A stretch of 64,000 nucleotides of DNA from an uncultured cyanobacterium. GTDB lineage: Bacteria; Cyanobacteriota; Cyanobacteriia; Cyanobacteriales; CAWCAG01. How positions within the stretch are numbered: the first letter of the stretch is position 1; every line of letters begins with the position of its first letter. Positions 40,390-49,914 of this stretch are shown in pieces. The DNA lies in NCBI GenBank assembly GCA_963803805.1, contig CAWDOD010000002.1, positions 992,001 to 1,056,000 on the forward strand, in the 5' to 3' direction. The notes under the pieces were generated by a model, which saw only the letters and a program-made list of their open reading frames with translations, was not told where the DNA came from and made no database searches. The translations under genes were made by a program, and so were the position numbers.

Positions 40390-41367
40390 ATGAAAGACAA
40401 ACTTTTGAGTATTAGACAAAATGGAAAAAAGGGTTATATCGACACTACAGGAAACATAGTTATTCCTTGCCAGTTTGATGGAGGTTCAAGTTTCTCTGAA
40501 GGCTTGGCCGCAGTGAAGGTTGAGGGCAATTATGGTTACATCAACACAAAAGGAGAATGGGCTATTCCTGCCCAATTTGGAAAAACAGTAGGTTTTAGTG
40601 AAGGATTAGCTCTAGTTGCCGTTGGTGATAAATATGGCTACATCAACCAGCAAGGAGAGCTAGTTATACCACCACAATTTGCCTATGAAGATAGTGTACT
40701 CTCTGGCATAGAAGATAATAGATTTTGTCAAGGAAGAGCTTTAGTTAAAGTCAATGATAAGTATGGCTATATTGACTATGAAGGTAACTTAGCTATTCCA
40801 GCACAATTCGATGATGTCTCTTCTTTTTCTGAAAGTTTAGCTGCTGTTAGAAAAGGAGAAAAAGTTGGCTATATAGATAAAAGTGGGCAAGTGGTTATTC
40901 CTTACCAATTTGATAACCCTGGAGTTATCAGCACCATAATAGAACATATTGGTTATAGTTTTCATGAAGGATTGGCTAAGGTAGTCATTGACGGTAAGTC
41001 AGGCTATATCAACCCTCAAGGGGAAATAGTTATAGAACCACAATTTGATGGCTCTTTAGCCTTTTATGAAGGGTTAGCAGGAGTTCAAGTTAGAGATAAA
41101 TATGGTTTTATCGACAGAACAGGGAAAATAGTTATAGAACCAAAATTTGACTCAGTTGCCTATTTTTCAGAAGGATTAGCAGGTGTAAGTACAGGTAAGT
41201 ATAGACGTAAATGTAGTGGCTACATTGATAAAACAGGGGAGATGGTTATACCTGCAAAATTTGATATAGCAGTAGGCTTCAAGTCTGGAGTAGCATCGGT
41301 GTGGATTGATTCAAAGGATGGATATATTAACAAGAAAGGTGAATATATTTGGGAACCAACGAATTGA
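40390..41367 (+). CDS. WG-repeat (KWG) protein, paralogue of 11943-12917
   Basis: MKDKLL start and GEYIWEPTN end are shared with the paralogue; repeated GYID..G..VI..QF...F.EGLA units. Confidence 0.92.
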   Translation: MKDKLLSIRQNGKKGYIDTTGNIVIPCQFDGGSSFSEGLAAVKVEGNYGYINTKGEWAIPAQFGKTVGFSEGLALVAVGDKYGYINQQGELVIPPQFAYEDSVLSGIEDNRFCQGRALVKVNDKYGYIDYEGNLAIPAQFDDVSSFSESLAAVRKGEKVGYIDKSGQVVIPYQFDNPGVISTIIEHIGYSFHEGLAKVVIDGKSGYINPQGEIVIEPQFDGSLAFYEGLAGVQVRDKYGFIDRTGKIVIEPKFDSVAYFSEGLAGVSTGKYRRKCSGYIDKTGEMVIPAKFDIAVGFKSGVASVWIDSKDGYINKKGEYIWEPTN

Positions 41368-41434
41368 AATAAGCTAAATGTTAAGCACATCAGCAATATT
41401 AGAAATCAAATTCGCTTCTGAACAAGTCTGAGAT

Positions 41435-41464
41435 GATTAATGTTGATCCTTTAAGTATGGAGTG
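41435..41464 (+). repeat. 30-bp direct repeat, copy 2 (duplicate of the priA end)
   Basis: Identical to 38759-38788; contains the stop codon of the cysteine desulfurase. Confidence 0.92.
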
Positions 41465-42638
41465 GTAACATTGGCGAGATTTGCTCCACTGCCTCAGAGA
41501 GAATTGCGGCTGATGTTGCTATTTCTTGTTCAGTAGTAAACTTTCCTAACCCTATTCTTAGGGAACCTTCAATTAAATCCTCTGCTAAATTCATTGCCCT
41601 GAGAACATGAGACGGGGCTACTAATCCAGAAGAACAAGCTGCACCAGTAGAAATAGCAATTTTGTCGCGAACTCTTGCAATGATAGCACTGTTGGGAATT
41701 TCAGGAATGGAAATATGGAGATTTCCGGCTAAGCGAGAATTAGTATCGCCATTAACAACTAAGTTAGGTATTTTTTCTTTTAACAACTGCTGTAATTTAT
41801 CTCGTAAAGTTGCGATCGCCGCTTCATCATCTTTCATTTCTAAGCCTCTTAACCGACAGGCTTCTCCTAAAGCAACAATACCAGGTACATTAAGAGTTCC
41901 TGCTCTTAAACCTTTTTGATGACCACCACCAAATATAATTGGTTCTAAATGGTTCCCTTTTTTGATAATTAATGCCCCTACTCCTTTCGGTGCATACAAT
42001 TTGTGACCAGAAATTGCTAGATAAGTAATTCCCCACCTTGCAAAATCAAGGGGGATTTTTCCTGCTGCTTGAGAGGCATCACAGAGGAAAGGAATGTTAT
42101 ATTCTTGGGCTATTTCAGCAATTTCTTGAACCGGGTAAATATTACCAATCTCATTATTGGCTGCCATGACGCATAACAGAGATAATCCTCCTTGGCAGGT
42201 TTGTTCAAGATGTTCTAAGTCTAATCTGCCTTGAGAGTCAACCTGGAGGCGAATAGTTTGAGCTAATCCTCTTTTTGCGAGGGCCTCGCAAGTGTCTAAA
42301 ACAGCTTTATGTTCCAGGGGAGACAAAGCAATGCGAGGTTTGTTCTTATCACTAAGACGTTTAAGAATAGTTCCTTGAATAGCTAAGTTAATACTCTCTG
42401 TTGCCCCAGAGGTGAAAACAACTTCTTTTGATGATGCCCCGACTAATTCAGCAACTTGGCAACGTGCCTCAGATACAGCCTTTGCTGCTTCGCCACCGTA
42501 AAGATGATCTATGCTGTTAGCATTACCAAATGCAGTAGTCATATAATATAGCATTCGGTCTGCCACTCTAGAGTCTACCGGAGTTGTAGAGTGATAATCA
42601 AGGTAGATTGGGGAATTTTCAGCAACGGTAGAAGTCAT
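41451..42638 (-). CDS. Cysteine desulfurase (IscS/DndA/SspA-like)
   Basis: YLDYHSTTP, FTSGATE, SGHK (PLP Lys), STGAACSSG (catalytic Cys). Confidence 0.93.
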   Translation of the reverse strand: MTSTVAENSPIYLDYHSTTPVDSRVADRMLYYMTTAFGNANSIDHLYGGEAAKAVSEARCQVAELVGASSKEVVFTSGATESINLAIQGTILKRLSDKNKPRIALSPLEHKAVLDTCEALAKRGLAQTIRLQVDSQGRLDLEHLEQTCQGGLSLLCVMAANNEIGNIYPVQEIAEIAQEYNIPFLCDASQAAGKIPLDFARWGITYLAISGHKLYAPKGVGALIIKKGNHLEPIIFGGGHQKGLRAGTLNVPGIVALGEACRLRGLEMKDDEAAIATLRDKLQQLLKEKIPNLVVNGDTNSRLAGNLHISIPEIPNSAIIARVRDKIAISTGAACSSGLVAPSHVLRAMNLAEDLIEGSLRIGLGKFTTEQEIATSAAILSEAVEQISPMLPLHT

Positions 42639-42662
42639 AACTTGATTTATCCTAGCTTTGGA

Positions 42663-43625
42663 TTAGCGTCCTTCAGTTTTGATTCGATAGAAAACTTCTG
42701 AATAATTAGGTACAGATAAAGCATAGCGATTAGGAAGAAAATAGAGTAGCCAACGCATCAAAGTTTGCCAAGCTCTTTCAGCATTAAACTCAGGAATACT
42801 CGCACAAGGAAGTAATCTTAATAAATCTCTTACTGCGCCAAATCTCTGGGGAGTTTCAACCAATACATCTACCTTTTGGACAATGGGTTTCTGAAGTAAA
42901 AGAGTGGCGATATAAGCCTCAAAAACTTCTCTGGATAAAGCAGGAATAAGTGGTAGAGATCGCAAGTCTGTTAAGGCTGCTGTTTTAGAGGCTGTAGATA
43001 ATTTTTCTGTCAGTCCAGAATAAGCCAAATATAAGTCTTCGGGATTACGGAGTGTAGGCAACCAAGCATTAGCTGCTACCAAATTGTCAGTAGGTAAAAC
43101 ATTGTTTAAAATTTCTAATTCGCTATGACCTTTAGTTTTGAGTTTAGGATATTTTTCTACTAACAACTGAACCCTATCATAAACTTGTTCATAAATATTT
43201 TTATCAACCAAAAGGCAGTTTTTTAGTAACTCATTTTCAAAGTTCTTGATAGTTGTTTCTTGAGTTGATACAGTTACTAAAACCTCTAAGTTCGGTTGAT
43301 TTGAAATTCCTAAAGCTTTAGCTGTTAAATTAGCTGAACCCACTAAACATTGCTCATCTGCTCGATAATATTTAGCGTGTAAATCGTTTCTTAGCCATAA
43401 AGAGCCATAACGATAAGATTGAATTATCAACCATACTTCTAAATCACTAACTCCAGTTACAATTTCTTCCGGCAACCAACGAGTAACACATTTGATCGTA
43501 ATTTCTGGCTTGATGTCATTGAGAATATTTTTTAAGACCGGAGCTTTGATAAAAGGAGCAGCAAGAACAATTTCTGTTTGGGCAGTTTCGCATAGTTTTT
43601 TGATTTCTAGTCCTATTGAATTCAT
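42663..43625 (-). CDS. Phospholipase D-superfamily (HKD) nuclease-like protein
   Basis: Single LHAKYYRAD...VGSANLT motif, with N-terminal APFI as in PLD-type restriction nucleases. Confidence 0.85.
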   Translation of the reverse strand: MNSIGLEIKKLCETAQTEIVLAAPFIKAPVLKNILNDIKPEITIKCVTRWLPEEIVTGVSDLEVWLIIQSYRYGSLWLRNDLHAKYYRADEQCLVGSANLTAKALGISNQPNLEVLVTVSTQETTIKNFENELLKNCLLVDKNIYEQVYDRVQLLVEKYPKLKTKGHSELEILNNVLPTDNLVAANAWLPTLRNPEDLYLAYSGLTEKLSTASKTAALTDLRSLPLIPALSREVFEAYIATLLLQKPIVQKVDVLVETPQRFGAVRDLLRLLPCASIPEFNAERAWQTLMRWLLYFLPNRYALSVPNYSEVFYRIKTEGR

Positions 43626-43683
43626 TGGCTTATTTCAGGTAATTTTGAGTATTTTACAATCAATAATCAAAAATAGGAGCTAA

Positions 43684-45507
43684 CTATTCATTATCTAAAA
43701 ATCTCCTCGCAATTCTCCCCCAATCTATCCGAGCATCTTGAGCATCATTTTTACGCTTATTATCTGGTTGTTCATCTTCATATCTAGCCCATGCCATTAA
43801 TAATAATTTTAAGCCATCTAAAGAGTTAATTAAGCGAGAACGTAAAGTATCTATATCGCCTTTTTCTACATCTTCTTCCAAAATTTCAACTAAGTTTTTA
43901 TAAGCAGGGTGATCAGTATTTAAAGTAACGATGATTGCTCCTCCTCTAGGTTTAACGGAGAAGAAAGCCGGACTATCAAGAGGAGCCGCAGCAAAGCTAT
44001 ATTTCAAGCCATTTTCTACTATTGTCGCTGCCAATAATTCCGCTTCTTTCTCAGTAACTCCTTCTTCCTTTAAAGTTTGTTGAATTACCTGTTTTCGCTC
44101 TTCTTTCGGTAGTTCTTCATCTTGATCGCTTTTACCTTTGTAGCCTTGTGATTTGCGTTCTCTAGTAACACTGGTAGCTGTTTTGATAGGCTTGTAAGGG
44201 TCATGACGTTTCTCGCTGGTACGAGTACCTTGAGTTTGTGCTTTGAGTAAGCGGCGAATAATGCTTAGTTGACTATTAATTTTATGAGCAAGTTCTAACA
44301 GGGGAAGTTTAGGATCTTCATCTTGGAGCAAGTCTCCTTTAAGTTGAGCAACTGTTTTTCCTTCCTCTAATAAAGATTCAATATCCAGTTGTAAAATTTC
44401 TGCAAAATTACGGGCTGATTGCTTGTTATTCGTCACTCCAAAAATATCATCGAGTGATGGAGGAAACTCAATTTCAATTCCCCACCATCGTTCTGTAGGA
44501 TCATAATTATTAACTAAGTTTTGGTCTAATTCTAATTCTCTTCCGGCACGGACAACAGAAACTCCAATGTTTTTAGAAGCGTGTTGTCCATGAGGCATAC
44601 TTCCAGGATTTTTCCCTGATTCTACTTGACGTGCTTCTTCTTTAGCGTAAGAGAAACGAACTTTTACATCATGTTCTTTCTCTTTAAATTTAATAGTAAA
44701 AGTTGCTTCGTAAGATGTCTCGCCCTGCCAAGGTTGAAACATGGCTTGATTATTAAAAGGTGCAGGGCAAGAGGTATTTTGGATTAAATAACCGGGATCA
44801 TTAGGAAGAGCATTTTTTTCATTAATGACACTGTATAACGCCTCTACATCAAATGTCACCATGCGAATTTTGACCTCATCGCTATTCAGGAATTTGCGGT
44901 ACATTCTACCAATCACAAATTCAGAATTATCAATTATTGCTTTTCCAGTTCGCCAAATGCAACGGTCTATTTTTGACCAAATTACTAATGTGCCGCTATC
45001 ACCAAAATTCTGACTTACTCTTGTCCAAATAGTCGGAATTTGTTTAGTAATAGGTTCAGGAACTTCAGTCATCCGACGACTTTTAATTTCATCTAAGTCA
45101 AGGTAAGTATAAAGAGCCTTTTCTATTCCACTTTGCCATGACCACACATCTACTCTTTGACATTGGGAAATAGAAGAAGATGGTAAACCCATACCAAAAC
45201 GTCCTATTCCAGTATGTTTATTTTCATCTAAATAAGTACCATTGCCGAATTGCAACGCTAGACGCAAAACATCAGCATTCATTCCGCTACCGTTATCTAA
45301 AACTGCTATTTGATGAATGCGAGATCGCCTTTGTTGTCCTACTTGCTGTTTCTTCTCACCGCATAAAAGTTCAACTTGAGCAGCACCTGCTTGAATGGCA
45401 TTATCCATTAATTCGGCGATCGCATAAGCCGCATTTTTATAGCCGTTATCTCGCATGGCTTGAACTGCAAGATGAGCCGGAACGATATCATGGGGGTTGG
45501 TAGTCAT
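43684..45507 (-). CDS. GHKL/MORC-type ATPase (HATPase_c_3)
   Basis: AIAELMDNAIQA, DNGSGM, GRFGMGL, SGT motifs. ATG at 45507 overlaps the helicase stop (ATGA). Confidence 0.85.
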   Translation of the reverse strand: MTTNPHDIVPAHLAVQAMRDNGYKNAAYAIAELMDNAIQAGAAQVELLCGEKKQQVGQQRRSRIHQIAVLDNGSGMNADVLRLALQFGNGTYLDENKHTGIGRFGMGLPSSSISQCQRVDVWSWQSGIEKALYTYLDLDEIKSRRMTEVPEPITKQIPTIWTRVSQNFGDSGTLVIWSKIDRCIWRTGKAIIDNSEFVIGRMYRKFLNSDEVKIRMVTFDVEALYSVINEKNALPNDPGYLIQNTSCPAPFNNQAMFQPWQGETSYEATFTIKFKEKEHDVKVRFSYAKEEARQVESGKNPGSMPHGQHASKNIGVSVVRAGRELELDQNLVNNYDPTERWWGIEIEFPPSLDDIFGVTNNKQSARNFAEILQLDIESLLEEGKTVAQLKGDLLQDEDPKLPLLELAHKINSQLSIIRRLLKAQTQGTRTSEKRHDPYKPIKTATSVTRERKSQGYKGKSDQDEELPKEERKQVIQQTLKEEGVTEKEAELLAATIVENGLKYSFAAAPLDSPAFFSVKPRGGAIIVTLNTDHPAYKNLVEILEEDVEKGDIDTLRSRLINSLDGLKLLLMAWARYEDEQPDNKRKNDAQDARIDWGRIARRFLDNE

Positions 45508-47141
45508 GGGTTTTTCCTCCAAACGTCTTCCCAATTGTGAAAAGCTGATGCTACTGAAGCAAAACCAGGGAGTTGATTGTCAACAACGGTAACAATTTCA
45601 GCAGTAGCATTTCCCCCAGCTTTAACTCCTCGAATAGCTCTTCCTACCATTTGGCTGTATAGTACGAGGGATTTAGTGGGGCGGGCAATAACTGCTGCAC
45701 TGATTTTTGGGGCATCGAATCCAGTGGTTAAAACGCCGTAGTTACATAAAACCTTGGTTTGAGAGCAATCACTTTTAAAGCTTTGAATCAGCCGTTCCCT
45801 TTCTGGTTTTGGAGTATCCCCGGTAATCGCCTCAGCATTCAAGCCCCTTAAACGCAAAATTGAGGCAATGAGTTGAGTATGGGCAACGGAAGTATTAAAA
45901 ACGATGATACGTTGATGATGATGGGCAAGTTTTTCTAGTTCGAGGATGATGCAGAGGTTTCGTTGTTCATCATCTGCTAGACGATTAAGAATAGATTGGG
46001 GAATGTCTAATTCGGTGTTAATCCGATTTAAGTCTTGGCTACTTAGTTCAATACCTGTTTCATAAAATAAGGAACGATAGTTAGCTTTAGCAAGGTATTG
46101 TTGATCAACTAAATAATCAATGGGGTTGTCATAACCTTCAATTTCTAAGGTAACTTTCTGTTGAGCGAAAAATTTAGCTAGTTGGGCATCGGTGTCAATA
46201 TCTGCCCAGGTGCGTCCTGGTGTGGCGGTTAATCCTAACAAAGCAGTATTTTCGTAGGGAACTACTAATGTATCTAATACCAGTTTATAAGTTTGGGCGA
46301 TCGCTTGATGAGCCTCGTCTATGATTACCAACGAACAACCTACACCTAATTGATTTATGAAGCGAATACTTTTTTTGGCAGCATTATAAACTTTCGCTAA
46401 TCCTGCTACTACTAAGCCATCTTGAGCCTGTTCTAAGTTTAAATCATGGCTACCCCAAAAGCGATAAGTTGAGATGGGGCGATTACCTAAATAATTCCAG
46501 GCTTTTTGAAATTCTGTAACGGCTTGTTCACAAAGTTCTTCGCTGTATGCTAACCAAATAACTAAAGTTGGTTCATTGTTTCTGAGGTGAGTTGCAATAA
46601 TATTCATTGCTGTGCGGGTTTTTCCTGCACCTGTAGGCATATGTAGTAAAACTCGCCGAGGTTCTTGTTGCAGATATTGTTCAACTTTTTTAGCTGCATG
46701 GCGTTGGTGAGTAAATAAAGAGTATTTAGGAGTATTTTCAATAGTTGAAGGAGTTTCAATTGTCTTTTTCTTTCTGGAAGGAAGGGGAGATTCAAAGAAG
46801 TTGAAAAGACATTTTCTAACTTCGTAATTGCCGCCAATTCTAATCTTTTTTAATGCTTGATAAGGGTCTCTATGTTCCGGTGCTTCTAATACAATAGTAA
46901 GGATTTTTGCTTGTTCTGGGGTGATTAAGTCAAATATTAAATTGCGTTTTTCTTTAGATAGTAATAGTTCTTCTGGTTTGTGGAGGCTTAAGAGAATTTC
47001 TCTGAGTTTACTAGGATGAATTAATTTAGGTTCCAAGAGTTTGAGCAATTGAAAGGTGGCACTACCTAATAATTGTTGTAGTGTTTTTTCATCTGCTTTT
47101 GATAGTAAGTCTTTGAAGTTCAAACTTAAAAATAATCCCAA
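45504..47141 (-). CDS. SF2 DEAH helicase (ResIII-like)
   Basis: MPTGAGKT, IIDEAH, GLTATP, TTGFDAP, QMVGRAIRG. Exact start uncertain. Confidence 0.92.
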   Translation of the reverse strand: MGLFLSLNFKDLLSKADEKTLQQLLGSATFQLLKLLEPKLIHPSKLREILLSLHKPEELLLSKEKRNLIFDLITPEQAKILTIVLEAPEHRDPYQALKKIRIGGNYEVRKCLFNFFESPLPSRKKKTIETPSTIENTPKYSLFTHQRHAAKKVEQYLQQEPRRVLLHMPTGAGKTRTAMNIIATHLRNNEPTLVIWLAYSEELCEQAVTEFQKAWNYLGNRPISTYRFWGSHDLNLEQAQDGLVVAGLAKVYNAAKKSIRFINQLGVGCSLVIIDEAHQAIAQTYKLVLDTLVVPYENTALLGLTATPGRTWADIDTDAQLAKFFAQQKVTLEIEGYDNPIDYLVDQQYLAKANYRSLFYETGIELSSQDLNRINTELDIPQSILNRLADDEQRNLCIILELEKLAHHHQRIIVFNTSVAHTQLIASILRLRGLNAEAITGDTPKPERERLIQSFKSDCSQTKVLCNYGVLTTGFDAPKISAAVIARPTKSLVLYSQMVGRAIRGVKAGGNATAEIVTVVDNQLPGFASVASAFHNWEDVWRKNP

Positions 47142-47192
47142 TTAACCATGAATTAATGAACCTGGATTTCAAATTTATTGTATAAAGTGCCT

Positions 47193-48803
47193 CTAACCAG
47201 AGAGAAACTCTAGAATTTCAGCTATTGCTACATTTTGAATTCTTCTTGCTTTAACTTCTCCGATTCCAGAAATTTTGTTAATAATTTCCTGCTCAGGAAC
47301 ATTTAAAACATCTTTTATTAAGTTGAACCCGTTTTCTGTGAGTTTTCTTTTTTGCCAATCTGTTAAACTCAAATCATTAATGGACTTTTGAAGTAAACCA
47401 TTAATAATTTCTTGTATTTTTGAATCGGATTCTAAACTTATTGGATTTGGTAGATTGAGAAAAGCATTGTTATTACGACTATATTCAGTAAATAAATAAT
47501 TATCTAAGTAATCAATTATTTGATTAACAAATTCTTTGGATTTTTCAAGAGCTAAAATACATCCTAACTTGATCTCGTAGCGTGTGCCTATGTTAGATGC
47601 AGTTGCTTTTATTCTTTCTCCGTTTTTTCTGACAATGCCTGTGTATTCTAAAAGTCTTAAAGACTCTTTGACAACTTCAGGCACATCTCTATGAATCCAG
47701 AAATAACAGGTTGATTTTTTATCACTTCTTCTGCGATCGTTCTTGTTCCGAGTTTCAGGAATTACTTTTTCTTCGATAAAGTTTCTTCCCCAATCGACAA
47801 TTTCTCTATGTCCTGTGTATCTTTCACCTAAAGCTGAATGTTCCGACCAAATTTCTGCAATATAAAAGTCCTTAATGAATTTTGATATTGTCTCCCATTT
47901 CAAATTGCTACATTTTTCTAATGCTCTTAATAATATTCTAGGATTTCCACTAGCAGAATAAGCAAGAATTTTAAAATTGCCTTTTTGCTCTTCTATTTTT
48001 TTTATTTTTTCTTGACTCGCTTGTTTATAAACAATCTCCTGCATTATATCTAAATAATCATTGTCTTTATTATTTCTCTCAAGACTTATTAAATCTGCAT
48101 CATGAGATATCTCAAATGAATCACCGAACGAAGTTACCCCAGGATAAACTGCTGCATTGCAATCTATATAAGGGGTTCTGAGTTTTCTAAAGAGAGAAAA
48201 AAACTCTCTTTGTTGTTGTGGTCTAAACATATGAATAGCTTCATCAAAAAGAAAGCATATTCTTTGAATTTTATAAAATTTACATATTTCTTCAATGATT
48301 GACAAAAAGTCTTCAGTTTCAGGGATATCAGAGATTACAGAACTATCAATCTCTTTATCTGAGTTTCGATAAGATTTTTCATATTTTTGCATTATATTGT
48401 TGAATTTCAACTCAAGAGATTCAGTACTTAGATTACTACCAAAGAGTAATTTTGTAGTGGGGACATTTTCTACTAGTAGCCCTTTATATGCAAGCTGCCG
48501 GTAAAGTTCTTTGCAAATTTTAGCCATCATCCAATTCGTAAATTGATCTGGATCATTTGTTTGGATAAGTGTAGTCCTTGATAAACTTAGATATATAGGT
48601 AAAACTTTTTCTGTACTATAATTTTCATTTAACTCTATTTGGCACATTTTTAACAAAAAAGTTTTACCAGTTCCTCTGCTACCTTCCAGAACAGTAGGAT
48701 TTTGTGATTTCAAAGCATGAATAATTTTTTTTTCTAAATCAGTCGAGACAAAAATTCGCTTTATTTCTTCATCTCTAATACTTTCAGTTCTAAGATACAA
48801 CAT
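47193..48803 (-). CDS. P-loop ATPase with C-terminal helix-hairpin-helix (alpha-CTD-like) region
   Basis: EGSRGTGKT, FLFDEA, SGNPR; C-terminal SINDLSL...ISGIGEVKA. AT-rich gene. Confidence 0.75.
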   Translation of the reverse strand: MLYLRTESIRDEEIKRIFVSTDLEKKIIHALKSQNPTVLEGSRGTGKTFLLKMCQIELNENYSTEKVLPIYLSLSRTTLIQTNDPDQFTNWMMAKICKELYRQLAYKGLLVENVPTTKLLFGSNLSTESLELKFNNIMQKYEKSYRNSDKEIDSSVISDIPETEDFLSIIEEICKFYKIQRICFLFDEAIHMFRPQQQREFFSLFRKLRTPYIDCNAAVYPGVTSFGDSFEISHDADLISLERNNKDNDYLDIMQEIVYKQASQEKIKKIEEQKGNFKILAYSASGNPRILLRALEKCSNLKWETISKFIKDFYIAEIWSEHSALGERYTGHREIVDWGRNFIEEKVIPETRNKNDRRRSDKKSTCYFWIHRDVPEVVKESLRLLEYTGIVRKNGERIKATASNIGTRYEIKLGCILALEKSKEFVNQIIDYLDNYLFTEYSRNNNAFLNLPNPISLESDSKIQEIINGLLQKSINDLSLTDWQKRKLTENGFNLIKDVLNVPEQEIINKISGIGEVKARRIQNVAIAEILEFLSG

Positions 48804-48822
48804 GTATTTATATACTCATAAA

Positions 48823-49542
48823 CTATAAAGGTCTTCCTAGTACAACTCTAGTGACTTTTAGATCATCAATATTATTAATTAAACATTCTTCTACCTCTCT
48901 GAGATTCTCTGGAGACAAATCTTGAGAAAATCTAATTACCAGTGAATAAAGTATTATTCTCGAAGTGTTATCACACAACTGTTTCCATGAATTAAATTCA
49001 TCTTGGTTGAATTTTATATGGGATTGATGAGTTTCCCAAGTATAATTACCTCCATGAATATACCCTGACAACTTACGATACGTATCCCTAGCTAATTTGG
49101 CTATAGTTTCATTTTCTTTTTTGCCTTTTTCATCAGGTTCTAAATCTGAGAATGCTCTTAACCAAGTGTCAGAAAAGATACCAATATCTTGGTCTATTAT
49201 CCTTTTCCAGGATATGTCTGCTAAACCTTGTTTCCATTTACGGAAATAAAACTCATCCGAGGAAAACAATATTCCAGATAAAGCCAATTCTAATACTAAC
49301 CTTAGTGAAGCAAATGCTTGTCTATAAAGTCCAGATGATGCTAAAAAAGCTGAGAATTGTAGCTCATACGCTACATTCTCTAAAACTTTCATTCCATTTC
49401 TTTGTGTTTCTAAAATGTTAGACCAGGTTAACAAATCACTTGACAGAACATGATATTTACCTAAGTCTACTTGAGTATGTGAGTCATTAATAATTGAGTT
49501 CAAGTTTTTACAAATTTCAAGATGATAATTTTTTAAATCCAT
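48823..49542 (-). CDS. Helical hypothetical protein, possibly HEPN-like
   Basis: YRQAFASLRLVLE and YRKLSGYIHG (Rx6H). AT-rich gene. Confidence 0.55.
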   Translation of the reverse strand: MDLKNYHLEICKNLNSIINDSHTQVDLGKYHVLSSDLLTWSNILETQRNGMKVLENVAYELQFSAFLASSGLYRQAFASLRLVLELALSGILFSSDEFYFRKWKQGLADISWKRIIDQDIGIFSDTWLRAFSDLEPDEKGKKENETIAKLARDTYRKLSGYIHGGNYTWETHQSHIKFNQDEFNSWKQLCDNTSRIILYSLVIRFSQDLSPENLREVEECLINNIDDLKVTRVVLGRPL

Positions 49543-49914
49543 AAATTATTTTAAACTAGACAAAAGAACTACCAAGATGTGTTTTACTTCAGGTTTATAG
49601 CTTTGAAATTCAACTTTTATTGAGTATCTGTAACACCCTTCTCTAATTGCTTCAAAATTACTACAACTTGATAAGCCTTATTCGGTAAAGGTAAGAGGCA
49701 AAAGAGGCGAGAAGTATTGTATTATGGTATTCCCTAGGAAATTAGCTTGAGAAAAAAGAACTCTCTCATTAGTTACCATAGTAAAGATAGGCCTTTCAGT
49801 ATCAGAGTTAGCCATTATCTAAGCTAAACTTGGCAGCCATTCAGAAAAAGAAATTAGCATCAGCAGTGCAAACCAAATGAAATTACCACTTTGAACATTT
49901 CAATTAGAAAGAAC

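Noticed and set aside
49543-49914. Possible gene remnant (SFSEWL-containing) between the PAPS reductase and the HEPN-like gene
   Set aside because: The frames are short and stop-ridden, and the similarity is too weak to support.
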